NCBI RefSeq assembly: GCF_009914755.1
Contig: NC_060936.1
Length of the DNA stretch: 64,000 nucleotides
Direction: 5' to 3' (one strand)
DNA from: the human T2T-CHM13v2.0 reference genome, Homo sapiens
Shown: positions 1 through 13,229 of the stretch, piece by piece
Layout of the letters: every line of letters begins with the position of its first letter
How positions within the stretch are numbered: the first letter of the stretch is position 1
The notes under the pieces: model-generated
What the model was told of the DNA's origin: nothing
What the model saw: the letters and a program-made list of their open reading frames with translations, nothing else
Databases searched by the model: none
Made by a program: the position numbers and the translations under genes

Positions 1-205
1 TTTAAACACTGTTTCTCAATAAAGTATTAGTTTCTCCTTAGTTCACACCAAGAATGTAGGTGGTCACATTCTCTAGTCACGCACTCAAAAGTTTTCCCAT
101 ACATCCTCTTTTCCTTCTCCATGATTTTTGCTTAGGAAGGCATTTTCCACCCATTGGATGATACTCTCTACCTTGCAGGATGCTTTCTGTTTTCAAAGAC
201 ATCTC

Positions 206-529
<324 letters not shown>

Positions 530-599
530 TTATAAAACAAGTGTATTGAGACATATTTAGAACATTATTTACTTATTTAAAGCGTATAAAAAGACTTTA

Positions 600-1155
600 A
601 ACTCGTCAACTTGTAAAACCATCATCCTAAGTGAATTTTAGGACGTTTTCATCACCCTAGAAAGATTCCTAATGCCAATTTACAGTCCATCCCGCTCCCC
701 ACCTGCAGCCTCAGGCAACCACTAATCAATCTACTTTCTGTCTCTATAGATGTGTCTGTTCTGGACATGCGGTCTCTGGTGTCTGCTTCTTTCCCTTAGG
801 GTAATGAGTTTGAGGTCACCCATGTCAAAGGACGTATAAGTAATCCATTATTTTGTATTGCTGAATAGTATTCCATTTTATGGATATAACATACATCAGC
901 TGAAAAATGTCTGTGTTCGTTCCAGTTTTCAGCTATTATGAATAATGGTGCTAAGGACGTTCATGCGCAGGTTTTTAGGTAGATCTGTAATTTCATCTGT
1001 TGTGCAGATATCTAGCACTTGAAACTGCTGGCCCATATGGGAAATTTTTGTATTTAATGTTTTAAGAAACTGAGGAAGCTTCCCAAAGTTGCTGCACTAT
1101 TTTCCATTCCCACCAGCAACATACGTGGGCTCCTGTTTCCCCAGATGCTTGCACT
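600..1155 (-). mobile_element. Old L1M (L1MB/ME-like) 3' end
   Basis: Antisense L1M motifs (GGCAACCACTAATC..CTACTTTCTGTCTCTATAGAT; GCTGAATAGTATTCCATT; CATTCCCACCAGCAA). Confidence 0.8.
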
Positions 1156-1465
1156 TTTTTTTTTTTTTTTTCTAATCTCTGCTTTTGCTTCCATCATAGT
1201 AGAAACATTTACAGTCTTCCTGACTTTACGTTAATTGACATGACTGGCTTAATGTTCTTTGCAAAACATCTTGGAAACACAATAAACACGCATATGACTA
1301 ATGAACAACCTGGCAGTCAAGAACAAAGTGGCCACACAACCCCCTAATACATCCTAAAATGCCTTCTGTTTCTGGAGTGGAATGTTGCTCCTATCTGACA
1401 CAGCCAATCAATAGAGGTAACACTGGAACACTGATGTTGGGGAGAGTATGTAGTATTTGCAGCTG

Positions 1466-1640
1466 ACATTTATTGAACATTTTCTAAGAGCAGGTTTCTA
1501 CTGAGGTCATTACCTGCTTCATTGTGTGTAATCAATAAAGATCCATGTGAAGTAGTGATAATCGTCTCTAGTCTACAGACTTGGAAACTAATGTTTGGAA
1601 AAGTTGAGTCGACTTCCCAACGCCACATAGGCAATGGAGC
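1466..1640 (-). mobile_element. MIR
   Basis: Degenerate antisense MIR (ACATTTATTGA...GGAAACT...GACTTCCCAA..CACA). Confidence 0.6.
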
Positions 1641-1837
1641 AACGAGCCAACATGGAAAGAAAAGCTGTTTTATCACGAAAGCTTTGGCAGGACAATATGA
1701 CAAATGGCAGATGCTTTGAGAATAGGATGTTGCTATGGGTAGTGCCCAGTATTTGCAGGACCCACAACACTGGCAGCAGAAAGATAACCACTTCTCCAGC
1801 CAGCTGCACTGAAGATCGCTATTTGTATTAGATGGAG

Positions 1838-2244
1838 ATTGTGTTCAGCTGCCTGTAACTCAAATCAGAGGAAGAACTCATTTTTCTCGAAGGGTCTGCA
1901 TGGCAGCTCCTTCTCTCTTCATGTCCTGCTGTCTTCCCTGCATGGTTTTCATCCCATGACTGCCTCATGGTTATGAGATGGCTACACCATCTCCCTCCCC
2001 CTGCCAATATTTAGGAAGGGAAATTATGAGGAAGAAAACAGCAGGAGAAAGGAGGTTCCCTAATCAGACAAGCAAAACCTCTCCAGAAACCGCTGAGGAA
2101 CTGTTTCCTACGACCACACCTAGGAGCAAGGAGGCTCAGAAATAAATCAGTTTAAATGCCTATTATTCTCCTGCACACATTCAGGATTCTGTAAGTAAGA
2201 AGGATAGCAGAGTTTGGGGAAAGCAATTGGCAGTGGTTGCCACA
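1838..2244 (-). mobile_element. MLT1-type MaLR LTR
   Basis: Antisense MLT1J/K/L-like motifs, ends GGCAGTGGTTGCCACA. Confidence 0.55.
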
Positions 2245-2399
2245 CTGATGTCTCAGTCAGGTCATCTTCAGGCTCCAAAGGTCCTAGAACTATCTCAGGA
2301 ATCTCCATCACTGTGCCAAGAGGCTGAGCACACTCCCTCTCCATCATGTCTCAGATGGTTAAGACACTGGAGCAAGCGCTTATTGAGCATAAGGTTCGA

Positions 2400-2870
2400 A
2401 ATAATAATACCAACATTGGCAGCTGACACATGTGCTTACTCTAAGCCAAACTCTTTATATATATTAACTACATTTAAATCCCACAACAATCACAGGAGGG
2501 AAGGATTATTATCACCGTTTTTCAAAGAGGAAAACCGAGGCACAGAGAAGTAATTCCCCCAAAGTCACACAGCTAGGAGGTGGCAGAAGCGGGAGCTGTG
2601 GCACTGTGCATGCAGCACGCCTTCAAAGCGCATGTGTTACTCATTCTCACCCGTGGCCTCTCATAGGTGGAATGTGCAGGCTAGCTTAGAGATACACAGC
2701 TAGAGAGCTATAGGGCCTTGGGAAAGTCACTTTCCTTTACTAAAGCTTAATTTGCTCCTATAAGACAGGGGCAGTGGAGCCAACCTCAAAGGATGTTTGC
2801 AAGAAATAAATACGATCCCATATGGGAAGCACACATGCTGGATGATCCTTGTCTTGTCAGTGCTCAAATA
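2400..2870. mobile_element. Two MIRs (minus ~2400-2650, plus ~2715-2870)
   Basis: GAGGAAAACCGAGGCACAGAGA...AAGTCACACAGCTAG core; second copy CCTTGGGAAAGTCACTT. Confidence 0.65.
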
Positions 2871-3075
2871 TACTCTTGTTTGCATGTTTACCATCTATAT
2901 GTATGGATTTGAATCCTAGTTAGAGTTAAAACAAAACTATATGGATGGTAAAAGACAGGAAAACAAATAACATACGGGGTGAAGCCTCAGGTGGGGCATC
3001 ATAATCACGCAGCATCATTCCTTCTCTTTTTCAGATGAAGTCCAATGCTAAGGACGCATCAAGAAAGGAAGCCTC

Positions 3076-3329
3076 CTTCTCACTCATAGGTGGGAACTGA
3101 ACAATGAGAACACATGGACACAGGAAGGGGAACATCACACACCGGGGCCTGTTGTGGGGTGGGGGGAGGGGGCAGGGATAGCATTAGGAGATATACCTAA
3201 TGTTAAATGACGAGTTGATGGGTGCAGCACACCAACATGGCACATGTATACATATGTAACTAACCTGCACGTTGTGCACATGTACCCTAAAACTTAAAGT
3301 ATAATAAAAATAAAGAAATAAATAAATAA
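3076..3329 (+). mobile_element. L1PA (PA4-6-like) 3' UTR, heavily 5'-truncated
   Basis: L1 3' UTR with G-tract and A-tail; exact 15-bp TSD AAGAAAGGAAGCCTC at 3061-3075 and 3330-3344. Confidence 0.95.
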
Positions 3330-4718
3330 AAGAAAGGAAGCCTCTGTGTTGAGACTGGTCCTAGTCATTCGGATGCACTATGCATCCCAGTTTTTGTTAG
3401 TAAAAGGTAAAACTAAAGTGCACTTTAAAAAATCACATTCCTGGAAGAAAGAAAATCTTGTAAATTTTCTAGAGGAGGAAAATTAAAAAAAAACAAAACC
3501 AAAATCAAAATCAAAACCAAACCCAAACAAAACAAAACCAGGTCTTAGGGTACCGCAATGCAATAGATATTAAAACTGATTTTACTTTAAGGGAAAATTT
3601 TACTTTAATTGCTGTATTAACAGATCTTTCAGGTATTAAGTCCCGCTGAGTTGATCCGAAACACCTTATCTTATCTTATCTCTCCTGCAGTTGCTCTGTG
3701 TTTTCAATCCTCTCTCGGATAAACAGAAATTTCTCCATGGGAAATTTACACTTCTATAAAAATTCATATATAATAATGAATGATTCCACCTACCCAATAA
3801 ACAAAAACACAAAATCCATAAAGAGAAGAGAGGAAACAGGGACCACAAGCAAACAAAAACAAAAGAGAAAACCAGGAAGATGAAAGGTCAGAGGTGATGT
3901 CCTAGAAAATAAGAAATCTGTTCTTTCTTACAAATACGGAAACCCATTTTAAAATTGGATACTTTAAAAGTTATTGTTTAAATGGGATAATTCAGCATCC
4001 AGGTGTGCTTTACATAAAGATGTTACAGCACAACAGCATCTTTTTACTTTTATGAATATTCAGAAAAATCTGTTGTGTAAAACACCAACAACAGTAGTAA
4101 CAACAAGAAACAAAAACCATCAAGGCTGGAGTGTGAAATTGAAAGGCTGAATGCCAAGGCACTGAAGGATTCCAATTTGCATTTTTCTATTTTGCAACTT
4201 TGTGTCTAATGTGACACATGTTAAAGAATTCTTAACCTGTGTTATTACTTGGAGGAGGAATTTCACCACTACGTATGCTGGAGAGATTTCAGAGACTTTG
4301 ATTTTTTATTTATTTGTTTATTTGTAGCCCTGGGACAAAATTCTTATTTTCCTTAGCTGAGAAATATATTAGCAAGCATCAGCTCTCAATTTTACCTATT
4401 CATGGTAGCTGATATAAAACGGTATTTGGCTTCCAGAGGCATTATGTGTTTTATGTAAATGTGTGTCTTGGGCATTTTCTCAAGGGAAAAGCTGTTTCAT
4501 CACTTAGTCCTTACTCCCTAAGAAAGCACTTGATGAGAACCATGAATTAATATCACGACTGAGCGAGAGGGGACCAGGGAAAATTGCTTCAGCAATTGCT
4601 TGGAAGGCTCCCAGAATTTGGCCTGGGCATAGCTGCAGAAATCTTTGGAAACAGAAGACTCCGTGAAAGTAAATGAGGAAGTGTGAATTTTGCCACTTAG
4701 TTGCACTAAGCAGTTTAT

Positions 4719-4921
4719 ACTCACTGTAGTCCACAATCCTTCAAGTTACTCACAGTAGTCCAAAGTCCTTCAAGTTACTCACTGTAGTCCAAAGTCCTTC
4801 AAGTTACTCACTGTAGTCCAAAATCCTTCAAGTTACTCACTGTAGTCCAAAGTCCTTCAAGTTACTCACTGTAGTCCAAAGTCCTTCAAGTTCCTCACTG
4901 TAGTCCAAAGTCCTTCAAGTT
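4719..4921. repeat. Minisatellite, 7 x 29 bp (ACTCACTGTAGTCCAAAGTCCTTCAAGTT)
   Basis: Seven head-to-tail units, few substitutions, no spacers. Confidence 0.97.
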
Positions 4922-4997
4922 GGCCTGACCAAGTAGTTGTGGATTCTGCTCTGCACTTGATGGGAAGAGCCTGGATTCAGAGTTAGACGAGCTGAAT

Positions 4998-5235
4998 CTG
5001 TCAGTCAGGGGACAGCTGCCATTCACAGAAACCACTCTAGTAGTGTAAGCAGAAAGGGATTTAATAGAGGAAATTGCTTTATAGTTTTTTGTTTGTTTGT
5101 TTGTTTGTTTGTCATTGGTGTTGAAGAAACAGGCTATGGGATTTAGGGATGACTTCTAGAAAAACCCCAAAGAAGAGGCCCCCCCAGGGAGCTGGTGCCT
5201 TGGCTTCCACAAGGAAACAGGAAAACTGGGAAACC
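4998..5235 (-). mobile_element. ERVL-type LTR fragment (LTR33-like) inside a split MIR
   Basis: TGTCAGTCAGGG...AGAAACCACTCTAG...AGAAAGGGATTTAATA; MIR halves at ~4960-4997 and ~6321-6450. Confidence 0.5.
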
Positions 5236-5236
5236 T

Positions 5237-6320
5237 TTCTCACCTCAGCCTCCCAAGTAGCTGAGACACAGGTGTGTGCCACCACACCCAGCTAATTCTT
5301 TCTTTTTTTTTTTTTAATATACTTTAAGTTTTAGGGTACATGGGCACAATGTGCAGGTTTGTTACATATGTATACATGTGCCATGTTAGTGTGCTGCACC
5401 CATTAACTCGTCACTTAGCATTAGGTATATCTCCTAATGCTATCCCTCCCCCCTCCCCCCACCCCACAACAGGCCCCGGTGTGTGATGTTCCCCTCCCTG
5501 TGTCCATGTGTTCTCATTGTTCAATTCTCACCTGAGTGAGAACACGCGGTGTTTGGTTTTTTGTCCTTGCAATAGTTTGCTGAGAATGATGATTTCCAGC
5601 TTCATCCATGTCCCTACAAAGGACATGAACTCATCATTTTTTATGGCTGCATAGTATTCCATGGTGTATATGTGCCACATTTTCTTAATCCAGTCTATTG
5701 TTGTTGGACATTTGGGTTAGTTCCAAGTCTCTGCTATTGTGAATAGTGCCACTATAAACATACGTGTGTATGTGTCTTTATAGCAGCATGATTTATAATC
5801 CTTTGGGTGTATACCCAGTAATGGGATGGCTGGGTCAAACGGTATTTCTAGTTCTAGATCCCTGATGAATCACCACACTGACTTCCACAATGGTTGAACT
5901 AGTTTACAGTCCCACCAACAGTGTAAAAGTGTTCCTATTTCTCCACATCCTCTCCAGCACCTGTCGTTTCCTGACTTTTTAATGATCGCCATTCTAACTG
6001 GTGTGAGATGGCATCTCGTTGTGGTTTTGATTTGCATTTCTCTGATGGCCAGTGATGATGAGCATTTTTTCATGTGTCTTTTGGCTGCATAAATGTCTTC
6101 TTTTGAGAAGTGTCTGTTCATATCCTTCGCCCACTTTTTGATGGGTTTTTTTCTTGTAAATTTGTTTGAGTTCATTATAGATTCTGCATATTAGCCCTTT
6201 GTTTTTCTTATTTTTTGTAGCGATGGGGTCCCACTGGTCTCAGACTCCTGGGCTTAAGCGATACTCCTGCCTGGAACTCCCAAAGAGCTAGATTACAGGA
6301 TTGAGCCACCACACCCAGCC
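5237..6320 (-). mobile_element. AluJ-like element split by an L1 insertion
   Basis: Right-arm part 5237-5300 and left arm 6203-6320 flank the L1 at the A-rich linker. Confidence 0.85.
5301..6202 (-). mobile_element. L1PA4-like 3' fragment
   Basis: Poly(T), antisense 3' UTR and ORF2 C-terminus (ORF 5870-6175 [25 protein letters not shown]). Confidence 0.95.
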
Positions 6321-7259
6321 CAGTTCTACTCTTTAACTAGTATGTAACATCCCTAAATCCCACTCAGCCTCAGTTTTCTCATCTGTGAAATGGTGACATT
6401 AGAGGGTTGATTATGAGAATTCAGTAGTCCCTGACATCAGGCAGATACATAATAAACGCTGGTGAACTTGGCCTTCCCTGCGCCTCAGACTTCCCCAGTT
6501 GCCAATAATTGCAGTCGATGGGATGGAGGCTTACAGAAAGAAAAAGGTGTTCTTTTATTCACTCCTTAAAATGGGGGAGGTAGATAGGGAAAGAGCTCAG
6601 GAGAGTGGGGGGAGACAGGTACACTTTTAAACCAAATTAGTTGGATACCAGCATCATCCTCTGTCTGGGCTTCCAGGCGCATGCCTGATGGAGGGAATCT
6701 GCTCTATGATTAAATATCAATCACAGTCAGCTGAGGCCCATTGGGTGCAATCCCAGAAATTCAGACTTGTGTTCTCTGTCTTGGGCAGGGGGCTTCCAGG
6801 AATGGAGAAGAGAGCGGCTGCTACGCATTGTTATAACAGCAGCTGAGATGGTTCCCTTCCAGCCTCTACCTCATTTAGTTCTCACAAGTAGCCCTTGAGG
6901 TAGCTCCTGCCATTATTCCCTGTTTACCGATAAGGACGCGGAGCTTCAGTAACTTACTCGACAGTTCCAGCAGCTAAGCCTGGAGTCTGTGTTGTTCCCA
7001 CTGCCATGTGCTACATCTCTGGATTTCCCAAATCGTTCTCCCTCTCTGCTTCAGATTTTCCAGAAGCCAAATTTCTTCCCTGTTTATCTCTCACAGGGGA
7101 TTTATGGCAAAGACACATCTGTCGTATCTAGGCTGAGAGCCTGCACATCCAGATGCTCGAAGTGTCTCTTGGCTTCTCCAGAACTATGCACACGGGATGC
7201 CTTTTGGGGACTGAGTTGCATACTGTGGGCTCTACTTCACAAAAGTAGATCCAGGTTCT

Positions 7260-8200
7260 AACCACATCGCACCAGCGTTATCACTCCTGCCCTGGTGCAA
7301 GCCAAGGTCACCTCCCTCCTGCATTTTACAACAGCCGCCTGCTCATGCTGCTTCTACCTTTGAGCCCAGCAATTTACCGTTCATGCAGCATCCATATATG
7401 AATTCTGATTATGCCACTCTCCTGCTGGAAACCTCCATGGGTTTCCCATCTCACTCTGGGTAAAAACTTAAACCTGCACATCCTGCTCAAGTCCCTATAA
7501 GGTCTAGTCTTTGCCTATGTCTTTGGTCCACCTCCCCTCATGCCCTGTTGCTCTTCTGCACCCTCCCACTGGCTTTCTTGCTTTCCTTGAACACACCAAG
7601 CACATGCCTGCCCCAGGACCTTTGCACTTGCAGTTTCCTCTGTCTTTAGTGCTCCTCTCCCACATATATGCAAATCTTTTAGATCTCTGCTCAGATGTTG
7701 CAACGTCAGAGAGAACTTCCCCTATCACTTGATACAACATTTCACCCTGACCACAATTCTATATCATCACCTTGCTGTACCCATCTCTAGACTCTTATCA
7801 CTATAATTATGTTGCATATGGATGAATGAATGGATGGATAGGTGGATGGATGGATGGATGGATGGATGGATGGATGCTTGGATGGATGGATGGATGGATG
7901 GATGGATGGATGGATGGATGGATGGTTGCATGGATGGATGGATGCTTGGATGGATGGATGGATGGATGGTTGCTTGGATGGATGGAAGGATGGATGGATC
8001 AATGGATGGATGCTTGGATGGATGGATGGATGGATGGATGGATGAATGGATGGATGGGTGGATGGATTTTATTTCCATTTACTATAATGTGAGCTCCACG
8101 AGAGAAGAGTGGGTTTTTGTTTGTGTTTTGTTCAATGCTGCATCTACAAGTGCCTTAAATCATGTCTGAGACATAGCAGTCATTTGCCAAATACGGGTGT
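7260..8200 (+). mobile_element. L2 3' portion interrupted by (GGAT)n
   Basis: L2 motifs (CCTTGAACACACCAAGCAC..CAGGACCTTTGCACTTGC; AATGTGAGCTCCACGAG). Confidence 0.8.
7818..8067. repeat. (GGAT)n microsatellite, interrupted
   Basis: ~250 bp of TGGA units; source of the WMDG/IHPS pseudo-ORFs. Confidence 0.97.
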
Positions 8201-8479
8201 ATAAGTAAGACAACTTTTCTTCATTGGCATGGGCCATAAAGGAATGAGAGTGGTCTCAGCATTCCCTTATGTGACTCTGTAGTGTGAGACATCTTTGGCG
8301 TGAAATTCAAGTAATATATACCAAGAGTAGACATTTGCAGTAACCATTTCTGGGCCACCTCCTTTTAATTAATTTAAAAAATACTCAAGTCTCAATTACC
8401 CATAGCCCAGGTAAAAGAAATGTGTGTTAATTCTATGTGGGCAAATTAAGGAGGATACATGTTTTCTATGGAAACTTTT

Positions 8480-9110
8480 CTTTTTGTATAATAAACATAT
8501 AATGCATGAATCATTAGTGTGCAGATGGATGGGTCAGTGCAAGGTGAACAATGTTACAGACCAACACACATACCTCAAGCTGAACTCTGCCAGAAACCCA
8601 TGGCCCCTTGGGTCACCTTGCAGGTAGAACCTACCCCCAGGGTAACCATTACCCTGACTTCTGGCAACATAGGGTAGTTTCATCTGTTTAAAACTTTTAT
8701 AGAAGTGGAATCACATGATGTGTACACTTTTGTATTTCGCTCCTTTGTACTCAACATGATGTCTCTGAGGCTCATCCATCTAGATTCCCATCACTTACAC
8801 TTCATCTTTGCTGCATACTGTTCTATGCCACAAGTTACTTATTCATTCTACTGGTCATGGACTTTACGTTGTTTCCAGGTTTTAGCTATTACAAATAGTG
8901 ATACCAGGGACATTCTTGCCCATGTCTTTGGTAAACAAACATACACATTTATCTTGGGTATATATATAGAAGTAAAATTGCTGAGTAATTGAGACTGCCT
9001 CTGTTTAACCTTAGTAATTATTACCAAACACTTTTTCAATGTTTAATACCAATTTAAACTCCTAGAAGCAGTGTATGAAGGTTCCAGTAATTCCGCACTC
9101 TCAATTAATT
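8480..9110 (-). mobile_element. Old L1M (L1ME-like) 3' end
   Basis: GTAACCATTACCCTGACTTCT; TTCCAGGTTTTAGCTATTACAAATA. Confidence 0.7.
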
Positions 9111-10354
9111 GGTAATATTTGATATAAAATTGTTTATTTCCCCTCATTGCTTTCTTTTCCTTCACCTGGTTCAAGCATTTCTCGTTGATCCTCCTTGTGT
9201 CAGGAGAGCTTGACACATGGGCAAAAAATAACCCAAATACAATTACAATTTTTCCCTTGCTGGTACTTCTTTCTTCCAGTTTGGGCTTTTGTGGAGATTA
9301 TACTTGTTGCCACTAAAAGAAACATTTAGAGAAGCAAGAGTATCCCCCAGAAATTAAAAATACATTCCCCAGAACTGGGGAAGCAGAGAGAAGACCCTGG
9401 GTCTCCAAGAGCAAGGCCAGAGCGTGGCTGCCAGGAGGTGCTAAGGGAGGTGGTGAAACCCCACGAAGGGATGCCCATCAGCAGGAGGGGACACACGGAG
9501 ATGGAGTTCCCTAGTCTTGGATAACAGCTGCTCATGGCAGGAGTGCATCTGAGAGTTACTGGGCCTGAAGAGACCATATGCCAAACCAAACTGACAGTCA
9601 GAGTCTGGAAGCAGAAATTAATTTGAGTTGCAGAAAACAGAGAAATTGATATTTCTCGCACTGTTAAATTTGTGACTTGAGATTCAGAGCTTGCAACTAA
9701 GGAAGAAGAGAAGTGTCACTAGGGATACTTTCGCAGGGAAACAGGCTGGAACGTCATTCCTCATATTATTTCTAGGATTATGCAAACATGATCAACATTC
9801 TAGATCTCGTTTATAACAGAGGTGAGCGACCTGTAGGAGGAAAAATGTTCTACTTAGGTTGGAAGAGGAGGTCCAGTGACAGAAGAAGATGGAAGAGACA
9901 AACTCCCTCCCTTCTGGGATTTCTCCCCCTAATGAATGAGAATGTCAAATAGACCAACCTGCTTTAATAGTGTACAAGAGATAACATCAGGTAACGGATG
10001 AGAACATGAAATTTGGAGTCAGGTAGCTTGAGCACAAATTGTGACTGAATGAACATGGCCGAATGAATATGGACGAGTTACTTAAAATCTCGGTGCCAGT
10101 TTCTTCATTTGTATTTGAGAGTGCCAATAGTGATACCCTCCTCATACGTTTGCTGTGACTACTACAAGTTGTTCTACATAAAATTCTTAAAACACAGCCT
10201 GACAACAGATGGCATGCTAAGGGGGCGTGTCTCAGTACTGACCCAGGCCACCTAACCCAGGGCTGCAGAGGAGGCTCCCAGAGGAGGTAAGTCCTGAGAC
10301 GAATCCAGGATTTAGCCATGTAAAAAGGAGACGCAGACATTTTTAAAGTTGTAG

Positions 10355-11260
10355 TTTTTTTTTTAACTGTCACATAATAATTGCACATATTTATGGGGTA
10401 CAATATGCTGTTTGGATACATGCATACTTTGCATAACGATCAAATCAGAGTAATTAGCATATCCATCACCCATATCCATCACCCCAAACATTTGTCATTT
10501 CTTTGGTGAGAACATTCAAAACCTTCTCTTCTAGCTATTTTGAAATATACACTACACTATTGTTAACTATATCACCCTACAGTGCTGCAGCACACCAGAA
10601 CTTATTCCCCCATCTTACTGTAACTTTGTATTCATGGCCCAATAGCTCACCATCCCCCAGCCCCAGTACCCTCCCTAGCCTCTGGTAACCTCTACTTTAC
10701 TGTGTAATTCTATGAGATCAGCTTATTTAGATTCCACACAGGCGTGCGAATGTACCGTATTTGTCCTTCTGTTCCTGGCTTATTTCACTGACTATTGAGT
10801 CAATGTCTAGGTTTTTCCATGTTGCAAAAGATAGGATTTTATTCTTTTTTAATGGTGGACTAGCATTCCATTGTGTATAATATAGACCAATGTGTTAATC
10901 CATTGATCTGTTGATGGACACTTAGGTGGTTTCCATATCTTGGCTATTGTGAATACTGCTGCAATAAAAACTGGAGTGCAGATAATCCTTTCAACATCCT
11001 GATTTCATTTCCTTTGCATATATACCCAGAAGTGGAATTTCTGGATCTTACGGGCATACCATTTTTTAATTTTTTAAGGTGCCTACATACTAATGTCCAT
11101 AGCGGCTATACTAATTTACAGTCCCACCAACAGTGTATATGTGTCCTCATTTCTCCACATCTGTGCCAGTATTTGTTATTTTTTGTCTTTTTGATAATAA
11201 CCATTCTGGGGTGAGACAATTTCTCATGGTGGTTTTGATTGGCATTGCCTTGATGATCAG
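10355..11260 (-). mobile_element. L1MA 3' fragment
   Basis: Poly(T), ATAATTGCACATATTTATGGGGTACA, antisense ORF2 end. Confidence 0.85.
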
Positions 11261-11507
11261 CCAGGTAACCTCAGCATTTTCTGCTTGCCACCTCCAGCAA
11301 AGGAATCCTGCTTCTGCAGTACGATGTTTACCTCTGTTCCAGGATGATGAATCCCAAGCCTAGTTTTTCTCCCCTGAAGATTCTCCATGCTTCTTAACCT
11401 TCATTTTATGGTTAAGTCATTCAGTGCTGATATTTGTTGCTTGTACTTAAAATTCTGACCAATGCACTGCATAAAAAGGGAATGTCTATATTATTTGGAA
11501 TGAGGAC

Positions 11508-12040
11508 AGTGCAGAGACTACAATATGATTATCAAATATCGTTTCTTCATGTATTTTCTACTAGGAGAATTCTGATTTTACTCTGATCAGCCAAAAACTA
11601 CATTTTCCAGCGTCCCTTGTAGCTAGGAACAATTGTGATATCATTTTGGTCAATAAGATACAAGTGGGGAGACCACACTGGATGGATTTTAGGAACAGCT
11701 CTTTGAATATGGATGACTCAACTGACATGTGTAATTTACTCTTCAGTCTTCCCCTTTCTTCCTGTCTGAAGTGCAGCTGTGAGGGTCGGAGCCACGGCAG
11801 CTATCTTGAGGGCACGTGGATGAGAATCTCAGCCTAAATCTGGCAGAGGAAAAAGCCACTATCTTCTCAGAATCTGGTATCCTGATGATTTAATGAAGAC
11901 CATAAAACAGTCCTGGAATCCCTTGAAAGTTTGTATCCAGACTACTTTCCTACGAGAGAATAGTATTCCATCACTCCATTTTCTAAAAAATTGTTATTTG
12001 GGTTTTCTGATACATGGTGTCAAAACTAATCATAGCTACC
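11508..12040 (+). mobile_element. MLT1 (J-like) LTR
   Basis: AAAACTACATTTTCCAGCGTCCCTTGTAGCTAGG motif. Confidence 0.65.
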
Positions 12041-12671
12041 GCATGCATCATCGAAAGGTATGACATTCTCATATATATATAATTCTATTTTATTTTATAC
12101 TCAGGAGTTTTTAAAACAGGATAATATGGTCTTATTTGTATTTCAAAAGACCAAGCGTAGCAGTGGTGTGAGGCAGCTGGGTGAGGATGAGCACTGATAT
12201 GCAAGACTTTTAGTTGCAGCATTATTTGTGATAGTGACGATTCAACAACACTGTAAGTTTCCATCAAGAGGGGACTTCTGAGTGGTATTTAAACAATTTA
12301 TATAATGGAATACTCTTTTGCAGATGAAGGGAATGAATTAGATGCCTTTGTATCCACATGAACAGATCTCCAAAACATATTAGGAGGGATGAAAGCAAGT
12401 TTTAAAATATTTTAACACGTCACTTATAGAAAACCAAGTGTGTGCGTTTGTGATTTTTCTATAATGGTACACATACATGTATACCGACATAAAAATGAAC
12501 TTGAAGTATATACATTCAACTTATCATAGTTACCTCCTCAGCTTGGGTCAGGTGAGGAAAAAGCAAGAATGAGATTTAAAAAGTCTTCATTTTTCCTATA
12601 ATTTGATACATTTAAAAAATAGTAAATAATGTATTTACCACATTTATACACAGAACAATTACTGAGGATAA

Positions 12672-13130
12672 ATGTCTATCATAGAGACTGCTCCATCACT
12701 AACCCCTTTGTTTCTTTTTCCTTTTCATCATAAAACCTCTTGGATTTAAGTTGGGGACATGTCTTCTAGCCAGAGTCCACATTTCCCAGACTTCTTTGCA
12801 GCCAGGTGTGGCTGTTGAGAGTTAGGGTCAATGGAATGTGAGAATTTGAATCATTTCATGGATGATAAGGTCCTTTGCCCAGGAAGTTGAGGAGGGAGAT
12901 GCCCTCTTTCTGCCAGTTGGGAACGGAGCAACTATAATGACTTTGAAGCCACAGGTTAGGAATAACAGAGCCTCCCCACCATCCTGGAGCCCTGAATACT
13001 CCCAGGGAGCAGAGCCCTTGCACCTTCCCCCAAACAGCTCCATGACAGAGAAATACACTTTGTCTGCTTAGAGCCACTGTATTTTTAAGTATTTGGGGTA
13101 TAACAGCCTATTTAAGCACAATGCCTAAAT
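12672..13130 (+). mobile_element. MLT1 (H/J-like) LTR
   Basis: CACATTTCCCAGACTTCTTTGCAGCCAGGTGTGGC; TTAGAGCCACTGTATTTT. Confidence 0.65.
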
Positions 13131-13229
13131 GTTAATAGAGGTTAAGTATGAATGAACGGGCATGGCCAGTGGTTAATTCTACTTTGCACGTTTTCATACT
13201 TCTCAAATTTTAGACATAAATTTTGGAAA

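Noticed and set aside
7767-8169. WMDG/IHPS-repeat ORFs
   Set aside because: Translations of the (GGAT)n microsatellite
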